64,000 nucleotides of DNA from a bacterium. Lineage in GTDB: Bacteria > Cyanobacteriota > Vampirovibrionia > Gastranaerophilales > JAILCC01. The position numbers and the translations under genes are program-made. How positions within the stretch are numbered: the first letter of the stretch is position 1; every line of letters starts with the position of its first letter. Positions 50,464 to 58,954 of this stretch are shown here, piece by piece. The DNA lies in assembly GCA_024680555.1 (NCBI GenBank), contig JAILCC010000016.1, positions 170,561 to 234,560 on the forward strand, written 5' to 3'. The notes beneath the pieces were generated by a model. The model made no database searches and was not told the origin of the DNA. It worked only from the letters and a program-made list of their open reading frames with translations.

Positions 50464-52437
50464 CTACATTTTTTCAAATTCAGCAATCAAGTCGGGTAAC
50501 AAAGTGCCTTCCCCAAAATCGCAATATGCACTATGTACAAACATATTAGCATTTTTTGTTTTTAAAGCAAAATCTTTTAACTTTTCTAAATATATTTCAA
50601 ATAAATTTTTATTTAAATTTTGTGAAATAATGTAAATACAATCATCTTTGCTGAATATTTTTCTGTATTTTTGTTCTTGTTGAATATATTTCAAAGTTTG
50701 TTCAATATCATCCGTTTTTAGTTTAAGTATGGCAAAGTTTGTATTTGCGTTTTTGGATTTTTCATAAAATATAGAAAGCTCAGTCAAAAAATTTTCATAT
50801 TCATCATATTTAGGGAGTGTAAAAATAAAGGAAGTGCCTTTGCCTTCTTTGCTTTCAACCCATATATTTCCACGGTGAGCAATGATATATTCCTTTGCAA
50901 TAGGCAGCCCCAACCCTGTTCCGCCAACTTTTCTGCTCAAAGAATTTTCTATCTGCTGGAATTTATCAAATACTTTTGCCATATTTTCTTCACTTATACC
51001 GATACCTGTATCTTTTACTTCCACCTGATAAAATTGAGAATTTTTTTTAGTTTCCGACAAGATAATTGATACCTTACCTTTAGCTTCCGTAAATTTTAGT
51101 GCATTTGATACAAGATTTGATAACACTTGCTCAATTTTTTGAGCATCAGCATAAACAAAGGTATTTTTAACCTTGGTTATGACATCCAGCTTTATATCCT
51201 TTTCCGTTGCAAGCGAATAAAATGTGTCTTTAATAAGATTTATAGGTTCTGACAGATTTGTTTTTTCAAATCGGTATTCCATTTTTCCGGCTTCAATCTT
51301 TGATAAATCCAATAAATCATTTATAATGCCTGAAAGCCTCGTTACATTTCTTTTCCCCATATTTAAGAAATTAGACATTTTATCCGTAATATCACCTGCT
51401 TTACCCGATAAAATAATGTCTAATGAGTTTTTTATGGCAGTGAGCGGAGTTCTTAGTTCGTGAGAAACAATAGAAACAAATTCAGATTTTAATTGTTCCA
51501 ATTTTACAAGTTTAGCATTTTTTTCTTGGATTTCTTCGTACAAAATCGCACTTTCCAAAGGCAAAGCAACTTGGCTCACAATAGTTTGAAAACATGTTGT
51601 ATCTTCGTTTGACAACTCCTCATCCCTAAATATTTCCACCGTACCGAAAAACTTATCCTGCGTAGAAATCGGCGAAAATATATTTGCACAGTGCATTATG
51701 TCAAAGTCATACACAACATCATCCATCTTATATATGTTTTGCGTTTTTACATCGTTGACATCAAATTCAAAAGGCAATTTTTTATCTTGGAAAAGCGACT
51801 TGTACGACATTACCGCCCTCAGCTTCAGGGCTTGTTCCAGCCTTTTTGACAATGGGTATGTTGAATTTATTATGAGTTTGATGTCATTTTGATTATTGAT
51901 AAATAATGTCGTGCATATTGAATAACTTATACTTTGCTCCAGACCTTCATGCATAATGTTTATAAGCTTTTGTGGACTAAGCGTGCCGGCAAGATTGGAA
52001 TTTGTATCATATAAAACTTTCAACTGATAAAAGCGCTGAGCAAGTTCGTTATTATTTGCCGTAAATATATCAAGGTGACTTTTTAAACGAAGATGAGCAT
52101 TTACGGTTGAAACAAGCACCGCAGGATTTACAGGCCTCGGGATATAGCCGTCAGCAGCCTGCGAAATATTTGCAAATTGTACACCTTCATTGACAAGAAG
52201 AAGTATCTGAATATCTGTGTTTGAGTCGGTAAGGCGCACCTTTCGGCATATTTTGGAAACATTGTCCACATCGCCATCCAAGGCTAAAATCGCAATATCC
52301 GGAAGAAACTTGGACGCTTCATCATACAATGAATTCACTTTTTCTACATGCGAAATAATATATCCGACATCTTTCAGCGGAGCAACGATATCTTTTTCAT
52401 CGGATTTTTTATCAGAAAAGACCAAAATTTTTGGCAT
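50464..52437 (-). CDS. Cytoplasmic histidine kinase (receiver-like - GAF - HisKA - HATPase)
   Basis: SHELRTPL, NLVSNALKF, DTGIG, GGTGLGL; N-terminal receiver fold. Confidence 0.88.
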   Translation of the reverse strand: MPKILVFSDKKSDEKDIVAPLKDVGYIISHVEKVNSLYDEASKFLPDIAILALDGDVDNVSKICRKVRLTDSNTDIQILLLVNEGVQFANISQAADGYIPRPVNPAVLVSTVNAHLRLKSHLDIFTANNNELAQRFYQLKVLYDTNSNLAGTLSPQKLINIMHEGLEQSISYSICTTLFINNQNDIKLIINSTYPLSKRLEQALKLRAVMSYKSLFQDKKLPFEFDVNDVKTQNIYKMDDVVYDFDIMHCANIFSPISTQDKFFGTVEIFRDEELSNEDTTCFQTIVSQVALPLESAILYEEIQEKNAKLVKLEQLKSEFVSIVSHELRTPLTAIKNSLDIILSGKAGDITDKMSNFLNMGKRNVTRLSGIINDLLDLSKIEAGKMEYRFEKTNLSEPINLIKDTFYSLATEKDIKLDVITKVKNTFVYADAQKIEQVLSNLVSNALKFTEAKGKVSIILSETKKNSQFYQVEVKDTGIGISEENMAKVFDKFQQIENSLSRKVGGTGLGLPIAKEYIIAHRGNIWVESKEGKGTSFIFTLPKYDEYENFLTELSIFYEKSKNANTNFAILKLKTDDIEQTLKYIQQEQKYRKIFSKDDCIYIISQNLNKNLFEIYLEKLKDFALKTKNANMFVHSAYCDFGEGTLLPDLIAEFEKM

Positions 52438-52498
52438 AGAATATACTCTCAAACATGTAGCAAGAATATTATACCCGAAAACCTGAGCTTTATACAAT

Positions 52499-52528
52499 AA
52501 AAAAGCCGCCGATATACGGCGGCTTTTT
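52499..52528 (-). terminator. Intrinsic terminator
   Basis: AAAAAGCCGCCG-ATATA-CGGCGGCTTTTT. Confidence 0.85.
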
Positions 52529-52544
52529 CTATTTAAACTATAAA

Positions 52545-53942
52545 TTAGTCGTTATCATCAGGTGACACAGTGTAAATACTGAATGCTTCTCTGATAAGAA
52601 CATAGATTTCGTCGTCTTGAGCAGCACCAAAGTTTACGCCCGGTGTCAAGAAACCAATTATAGCACCTGCAGCAGCACCAGTAGGAATACCTATTGCCAA
52701 TGCTGTTCCTGTTTTGTGTTTAGGGACACCAACAGCAAGACCAATACCTGTACCAACTACTGTACCGCCTAATGTCCATAACAACGGTTTTTCCCAGCTG
52801 TTACTTACCAATACGCCTTCATTTTCGAATGCATTAGCAACCATATCAACAACCTTTCCGTCAGGGAATGTTGCATTTTTGAATGAAATAGTCATTCTTG
52901 CATTCTTATTTAACCAGCGTGGATCTTCTAATGATTCAATAGCAGCGAGGAATTTTGTTCCTTGAGGGAATACAAGCGTTCCTTCAACTGTTCTGATATC
53001 TTTCTTTGCATAGAAGTGAACTTCGTCACCAACATTGTAGTTCTTTGAATTGAATCTATTTGTAAATGCAACTTTAATTACGTTACCTGCATCAACAATA
53101 AGTCTTCTGTCTGTAACTTGAACAGTATTGCAAGGTGCAAGAGGAGTTACGTCTAAGTGTTCAACTCCTAGCATTCTTTCTGCCTTGTATGCTTTTTTAA
53201 CGAGATTTAGTTGGTTTCTCAATTTGTATAAAAGTACGGCAGCTTCCGCTCTGTTTAATTGTTTGTTCGGTAAAAATTCATACGGATCTGGGTGGTTTAC
53301 ATACAAATTGTATCTGACTGTCTTTTCATAAGTATGACGAGCCCATGCCGGAATTGTGTCTGAATCGGTGAATGCACCAAGAACACTTTCACCTACCGGA
53401 TAATCTTTTGTAATGTGACTCATAATAGAGTTTGTTTCGGCTTTTGTAATAATTCTTTCCGGTTTAAATTCACCATCGGTATAACCATATACCAAGCCGA
53501 TTTGGTCGTTTCTTAAAATTGTTTCATATCCCGGTGTTTGTTCATTTACGTCTGAATAGTTACTGTGAACAGTAATTTGGAATGTTGAGTTTTCCAAAGC
53601 ATTTAATATCCATTGTGCAAATTCAACACGCTTTACAACGCTTTCCGGAGAAAATGTACCGTCAGAATTCAAAGGAATAATTCCTTCTTTAATACAAGCG
53701 TTAATTTCCATTGCTGCCCAATAATCATCAGGAACATCAGATGCTTGTTGAACCAAATATTCCGAAGGAACATTTGCATTGTTGTTTTGACCTGTAATCG
53801 CACGATTTTTTAACGTGTCAACATCTTGATTTACTGTTTGGCTTTCTTGATAATACGCACCGTCTTCTGCTTGAACGGCATGGTTGAAAGTTAAAGCAAA
53901 CAGCATAAAAATACTTACCAGTATTGCTGAAATCTTTTTCAT
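52545..53942 (-). CDS. S-layer homology (SLH) domain protein with C-terminal TrbI/VirB10-like domain and glycine zipper
   Basis: DVPDDYWA, FSPESVVKRVE, GYTDGEFKPERIITKAE, LNRAEAAVLL; FNSKNYNVGDEVHF...FPQGTK. Confidence 0.8.
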   Translation of the reverse strand: MKKISAILVSIFMLFALTFNHAVQAEDGAYYQESQTVNQDVDTLKNRAITGQNNNANVPSEYLVQQASDVPDDYWAAMEINACIKEGIIPLNSDGTFSPESVVKRVEFAQWILNALENSTFQITVHSNYSDVNEQTPGYETILRNDQIGLVYGYTDGEFKPERIITKAETNSIMSHITKDYPVGESVLGAFTDSDTIPAWARHTYEKTVRYNLYVNHPDPYEFLPNKQLNRAEAAVLLYKLRNQLNLVKKAYKAERMLGVEHLDVTPLAPCNTVQVTDRRLIVDAGNVIKVAFTNRFNSKNYNVGDEVHFYAKKDIRTVEGTLVFPQGTKFLAAIESLEDPRWLNKNARMTISFKNATFPDGKVVDMVANAFENEGVLVSNSWEKPLLWTLGGTVVGTGIGLAVGVPKHKTGTALAIGIPTGAAAGAIIGFLTPGVNFGAAQDDEIYVLIREAFSIYTVSPDDND

Positions 53943-54044
53943 ATAGGTTCTATCTCCCTTTAACTAATCTAATTCGTTATAGGGGGATTGTATCAGAAAA
54001 AAAAACACTAGTAAATATTTTTGTGAATAATATTAAGTATCTGC

Positions 54045-54143
54045 TTAATGGTTAAATGCAGCAGTAACCTTTTGAGGCAGAAATATAAACATTACGTAGG
54101 CAATAACGCTTAACAATACTATTTGCAATAACGAAGTTCCCAT
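54045..54143 (-). CDS. 32-aa single-TM small protein (not in ORF track)
   Basis: AAGGAG-N6-ATG; MGTSLLQIVLLSVIAYVMFIFLPQKVTAAFNH. Confidence 0.6.
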   Translation of the reverse strand: MGTSLLQIVLLSVIAYVMFIFLPQKVTAAFNH

Positions 54144-54268
54144 ATAAAACTCCTTTCTCACAACACTACATACAAAACGGTTACATGGGTTTTATACCCA
54201 ATTTTTCAAATTTTAAACAACAATCCAAAAATTGTTACAAATTACATAATGCTTTACATTGGTTAACA

Positions 54269-54409
54269 TTAGTTATTTGAATATGAGTTCAAATACATGT
54301 AGCGAATTGCTTCTATCATGCTGTCTTTTTTAACAACGAACTCCTCAACATTTTTGAAAAGATTTGCGATTTCCGCACTAATAATTTCTTTGCTGTAATC
54401 TGTGTTCAT
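54269..54409 (-). CDS. 46-aa small protein (not in ORF track)
   Basis: MNTDYSKEIISAEIANLFKNVEEFVVKKDSMIEAIRYMYLNSYSNN; AAGGA and a sigma-28-like promoter upstream. Confidence 0.5.
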   Translation of the reverse strand: MNTDYSKEIISAEIANLFKNVEEFVVKKDSMIEAIRYMYLNSYSNN

Positions 54410-54445
54410 ACTTGCTTGTCCTTATGTGTCCCCTGACATGAATGT

Positions 54446-54473
54446 ATATCGGCAGGCAAATGAAAAATCTTTA
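54446..54473 (-). promoter_or_regulatory. sigma-28/FliA/SigD-like promoter
   Basis: TAAA-N16-GCCGATAT, 36 nt before the ATG at 54409. Confidence 0.5.
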
Positions 54474-54573
54474 ATAAAATACGTCCATTATTAAGAAAAT
54501 TTTACAAAATATTATTTAAAAATTATTTTTTTGCTAATATAAAATAATAAAGACTGAGACAGAGAAATTGGAT

Positions 54574-55236
54574 ATGCAAAGAGAAACAAAAACTCATGAA
54601 ATCACCGTTGACGTTGTGATTTTTACAATACAAAAGGGCACATTAAAAGTACTTTTGGTACAAAGAAGCAAAGAACCTTTTGTTAACAAATGGGCAATCC
54701 CGGGCGGTTTTGTCAGATTATCCGAAAACCTTGACGAAGCAGCTAAGAGGCTATTGTACGAAAAATCCAATTTGAAAGATGTATACTTGGAACAAATATA
54801 CACCTTTGGCGACCCGTTGAGATATCCTAACTCAAGGGTTATAACGGTTGCATATTTTGCATTAATTCGTTCTGAAAATCTTGTACTTAAATTTGATAAA
54901 AGCACAGACAATATAAAAGACGTAAGTTGGCATAGCGTATACAATCTGCCACCATTGGCATTTGACCATAAAACAATTGTTGAATACGCATCCAAAAGAC
55001 TCAGAGATGACTTAGAACATCATGCAACGGCATTTCAGCTACTTCCACCGAAGTTTACTCTAACGGACTTGCAGCAAACATACGAAATCATACTCAATAC
55101 GACATTAGACAAACGTAATTTCAGAAAGAAAATTCTTTCCTTAAATATACTTACAGAACTTGATGAATATTCAAAAAGCAGATCCAAAAGACCTGCCAAA
55201 CTATATTCATTCAACGAAAAGTCATTGGAAGAATAG
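54574..55236 (+). CDS. NrtR-family regulator (Nudix + winged HTH)
   Basis: VDVVIF, WAIPGGFV, LEQIYTFG, LAFDH, FTLTDLQ, LDKRNFRKK, RPAKLY. Confidence 0.88.
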   Translation: MQRETKTHEITVDVVIFTIQKGTLKVLLVQRSKEPFVNKWAIPGGFVRLSENLDEAAKRLLYEKSNLKDVYLEQIYTFGDPLRYPNSRVITVAYFALIRSENLVLKFDKSTDNIKDVSWHSVYNLPPLAFDHKTIVEYASKRLRDDLEHHATAFQLLPPKFTLTDLQQTYEIILNTTLDKRNFRKKILSLNILTELDEYSKSRSKRPAKLYSFNEKSLEE

Positions 55237-55360
55237 AGCCAAAATCGTCTGAAAGTATAATGTTTATTGGACTTTCTGCGCATTTAACGTGAAGAAAAAG
55301 GATTTATCATGATAATAAATCCTCAACTCTTCTACGTCCGGTTGCTACTCACCCCGATAA

Positions 55361-55672
55361 TTATTCTTTGTCGGGGTTTTTCTTAGATTTACTTTTTTGC
55401 GCTTTAACTTTATACAATGATGGGAATGCCACCCTTTTTGTATTTTCAAATTCAATTTTCTTTTGGGCTGCTCTACTTGTATCTGCAGTTACATCTGGCA
55501 TGCTTACGGGTATATCATTTTGTCTGAGCTTTTTACCTTCATCGTTCAATTCTTTGAGCAATTGAACAGATGGGGATGACATATCCAAACCGGACCTCGT
55601 CCTTGCGAAAGTAACAGTGGAAAATAATAAACAAAATCCAAAAATCAGCACTAATATATTTGATAATTTCAT
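55361..55672 (-). CDS. Small exported hypothetical protein
   Basis: MKLSNILVLIFGFCLLFSTVTFA signal peptide; GGGAG SD. Confidence 0.65.
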   Translation of the reverse strand: MKLSNILVLIFGFCLLFSTVTFARTRSGLDMSSPSVQLLKELNDEGKKLRQNDIPVSMPDVTADTSRAAQKKIEFENTKRVAFPSLYKVKAQKSKSKKNPDKE

Positions 55673-55781
55673 AAGTTTTCTCCCTGCTACATTTATTGCA
55701 TAAAATCGGGAAAATATCAAAAATGTTTAAAATTTAAAGAGTTAATGTATAATGAAATAGTGACAGGGGAATTTATTCATT

Positions 55782-56390
55782 ATGAGAAGATTAAACGCAC
55801 TAACAACACTTGAAGCTATATTGATAATGCTGCTTATGGGCTTAGTGTACGTATATTCCAGACAAATAGATTCTCATATCCTTGAAAAAGAAAACTATAA
55901 AACGACCGCACATGCCGCCTACTCAAATCTCAATAAAGCAGCACCGTCTAAAAACGGTATGGATGACTTTGTAGGCAAATTTAGCAATGAAAATGATATT
56001 GTGCAATACATAAGCAATAGTTTAAAAGTAATGAAGTTATGCAACAATGCGAAAGATGAACTATGTTGGTCAAATACATGGTTGTGGGGAAATGCCGAAA
56101 AGTCCGGAGCGCAACTAAAATCGCTTCAATATCTCCTTGTCGATTATGTCTCAAAAGACTGCTCATATAACAGAAATATTCCACATACCTGCGCTTTCGT
56201 TTATATTGACTCAAACGGAGCAAATTCTCCGAATGAAGTAGGGAAAGATATTCTTTTGTTTTATATGACCAAGCACGGATTTGTTCCGGCGGGAATTCAG
56301 ACTGATACAATTACAAAAGCAGAGAATTGCGACTTAAACAATGATAAGTATGACTGGGGTTGTACGGCAAAATTATTGGGGTTTAACTAA
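55782..56390 (+). CDS. Type IV pilin-like/pseudopilin protein
   Basis: NA|LTTLE + hydrophobic helix; C-terminal YIDSNGANSPNEVGKDI and Cys pairs. Confidence 0.65.
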   Translation: MRRLNALTTLEAILIMLLMGLVYVYSRQIDSHILEKENYKTTAHAAYSNLNKAAPSKNGMDDFVGKFSNENDIVQYISNSLKVMKLCNNAKDELCWSNTWLWGNAEKSGAQLKSLQYLLVDYVSKDCSYNRNIPHTCAFVYIDSNGANSPNEVGKDILLFYMTKHGFVPAGIQTDTITKAENCDLNNDKYDWGCTAKLLGFN

Positions 56391-56391
56391 T

Positions 56392-57759
56392 ATGGCAAAA
56401 ATAAAATCAAAATGGGTATGTCAAAAATGCGGATATGAAGCTCCCGGCTATCTTGGAAAATGTCCCGAATGCTCCAGTTGGGGAAGTTTCGTAGAAGAAG
56501 CGGAAGTAGTTTCCAAAGTGCAGCCGCAACACGAAAATAAAACTTTTTTTGAAAATGACATTCAAAAAATTAACGACATTTCGCTTGATGAAACCTTCAG
56601 ATTTTCTACCGGAATGGAAGAATTTGACAGGGTATTGGGCGGCGGACTCGTTGAGGGTTCTTTGGTTTTGTTGGCAGGGGATCCCGGCATAGGAAAATCA
56701 ACACTTGTACTGCAAGCGTGCGCTTATCTGAGTTCTAACGGAACAGATGTTTTATACGTATCTGCGGAAGAATCAACAAGACAGCTGAAAAGCAGGGCTA
56801 AACGCCTTAATATAAATGCAGAAAAACTCAGCGTATTATCCCAAACAAATGCCGAAGAAATCAAAAATGCCATTGTACAAACAAAGGCCAAAGTTGTTGT
56901 CATAGATAGTATACAAGCAATATATTCACCAAATATCACCAGCAGTGCAGGCAGTGTTTCACAAGTCAGAGAAGCCTGCAACAGTTTTATGGAAATAGCA
57001 AAAACAACAGGTACAACGATAATTGTTATAGGGCACGTAACAAAAGACGGCACAATAGCAGGTCCGAGGGTATTAGAACACATGGTAGATGCCGTATTGC
57101 AATTTGAAGGCGACAAATACAAGTTGTTCAGAATGCTCAGAGCCGTAAAAAATCGTTTCGGTTCAACAAATGAGGTCGGCATTTTCAATATGAAAGATAA
57201 CGGACTCGAAGAAGTTCAAAACCCAAGCGAGCTGTTTTTGGAAGGGTTGCAAAACAATATGGCATCGGGAAGCGTTGTAATAGTTACCAATGAGGGTACA
57301 AGACCTCTCCTTGTCGAATTACAAGCACTCACCGGTTTTACATCATATCCCGCACCGAGACGTGTCGCTACTGGAATTGAATATAATCGGGTTCTGCAAA
57401 TCATTGCCGTTCTTGAACGCAGAGTAGGCTTAAATTTAAGCAAGCAAGATGTATACGTGAGTGTTGTAGGCGGAATGGAAATAAACGAACCTGCCGCTGA
57501 CCTCGGTATTGCCCTTGCAATAGCAACCTGCCTGCGAAATGTTACAATTGAACCCTCAACTGTAATTATGGGTGAAATAGGGTTGTCAGGTGAAATTCGC
57601 CCAATAAATCAACTTGATGCAAGAATAAGGGAAGCGGCAAAAATGGGCTTTAAAAAAGCAATTGTTCCAAAATCATCCATGAGCAGCAAAGCGCCAACCG
57701 GCATTGAAATCATAGAAGTCTCTAAATTGACCGAAGCCATAACAAAGGCAATAGGCTAA
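56392..57759 (+). CDS. radA: DNA repair protein RadA/Sms
   Basis: CQKCG...CPEC, GDPGIGKST, KNRFG, Lon-like C-domain. Confidence 0.96.
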   Translation: MAKIKSKWVCQKCGYEAPGYLGKCPECSSWGSFVEEAEVVSKVQPQHENKTFFENDIQKINDISLDETFRFSTGMEEFDRVLGGGLVEGSLVLLAGDPGIGKSTLVLQACAYLSSNGTDVLYVSAEESTRQLKSRAKRLNINAEKLSVLSQTNAEEIKNAIVQTKAKVVVIDSIQAIYSPNITSSAGSVSQVREACNSFMEIAKTTGTTIIVIGHVTKDGTIAGPRVLEHMVDAVLQFEGDKYKLFRMLRAVKNRFGSTNEVGIFNMKDNGLEEVQNPSELFLEGLQNNMASGSVVIVTNEGTRPLLVELQALTGFTSYPAPRRVATGIEYNRVLQIIAVLERRVGLNLSKQDVYVSVVGGMEINEPAADLGIALAIATCLRNVTIEPSTVIMGEIGLSGEIRPINQLDARIREAAKMGFKKAIVPKSSMSSKAPTGIEIIEVSKLTEAITKAIG

Positions 57760-58533
57760 TTAGGCAGTCGCAATTGCAAGCTTTTCTATCCCTATATCAA
57801 ACAGAGCAAAATCATATTTTATCGGATCATAACTGTCAAATTCACGCAGTTTTGACGTGATTTCTTCCGCAGTCTGCCAGTCATTAGACTTTCTGGATGT
57901 CAAATTCAAACCTCTTGAAACCCTTGCAACATGGACATCAAGAGGAATTATCAAATCTTTTGGTTCTATAGATTTCCATATCCCCGCATCAACAGGTGAT
58001 TTCCTAACCATCCACTTTAAAAACAGGTTTAGCCTTTTGCACGCACTTCCCGACTTGGGGGACGGAAAAAGATAACAATAGCTCTTAGCATCCATCCCAT
58101 TTGTAAATTCATCTGATATGATTGATACGACTTGTTTGGCTTTTTCATTATCACTGCGGATTTTTTTACCCAAAAAATCATCCATATTTTTATTTTCATT
58201 ATAAAAACGGCAGAGGGTTTCTAACAAAAGAATGATATCTTCACCTGTATTAAAACGATACTTGAAGTTTTTAAAATATTCCCTTATTGCTTTTTTATCA
58301 AGATTTAAACAAAAACAATATGGGGAAGAACCCATAATTTTAAAAATGTAGTTCAATTTTCCAAGAAAAGCTTCCCGCTTCCCATAAGCAAGCGAGCTGC
58401 CAATCAAACCCGCTATTTCAATATCTTCGAATTTCTTATACCTGTGAAGAAACTGTACCGGATCTGATTTTATAAAGTCGGGTGTTTCGTATTTTTTTAC
58501 AAGCGCATCCAATCTTTCTTTTAAATTATCCAT
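57760..58533 (-). CDS. TIGR02757/DUF2400 family protein
   Basis: DPVQF, SACKRLNLFLKWMVR, PLDVHV, DPIKYDFALF. Confidence 0.85.
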   Translation of the reverse strand: MDNLKERLDALVKKYETPDFIKSDPVQFLHRYKKFEDIEIAGLIGSSLAYGKREAFLGKLNYIFKIMGSSPYCFCLNLDKKAIREYFKNFKYRFNTGEDIILLLETLCRFYNENKNMDDFLGKKIRSDNEKAKQVVSIISDEFTNGMDAKSYCYLFPSPKSGSACKRLNLFLKWMVRKSPVDAGIWKSIEPKDLIIPLDVHVARVSRGLNLTSRKSNDWQTAEEITSKLREFDSYDPIKYDFALFDIGIEKLAIATA

Positions 58534-58954
58534 TTCTCCTCCAAAAACCTTTTAGGAGTTCTTCGCATTCAGTTTCCATAATGCCGCCTTTAACAACAAG
58601 TTTAGAATTAAATATTGTCCTTAAATCAATAACACCGCCTAGTGCGCCGTACAAATTATCCGTTGCACCATAATAAACTTCGGAAATTCTTGAATTTATA
58701 ATTGCACTTGCGCACATCGGACAAGGCTCAAGTGTAACAAACATTTTAGCTCCGTCAAGCCGCCAATTATTCAATTTTTTTTCGGCTTCTTTTATGGCAA
58801 GAATTTCAGCATGTGCGCTAACGTCATTTAGTTCCTCTTTTTGGTTATGACAGGAAGCAATAACTTCATCATTTATCACAATAACCGCACCGACCGGAAC
58901 ATCTGTGCCTGAGTTTTTGGCTTCCTTTACGGCAAACTCCATAAACTTATTCAT
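58526..58954 (-). CDS. tadA: tRNA adenosine deaminase
   Basis: VPVGAV, HAEI, TLEPCPMC. Confidence 0.85.
   Translation of the reverse strand: MNKFMEFAVKEAKNSGTDVPVGAVIVINDEVIASCHNQKEELNDVSAHAEILAIKEAEKKLNNWRLDGAKMFVTLEPCPMCASAIINSRISEVYYGATDNLYGALGGVIDLRTIFNSKLVVKGGIMETECEELLKGFWRRNG

Noticed and set aside
54480-54573. NrtR operator or NAD regulon near the nrtR-like gene
   Set aside because: No convincing GT-N7-AC palindrome and no NAD or sugar genes adjacent.
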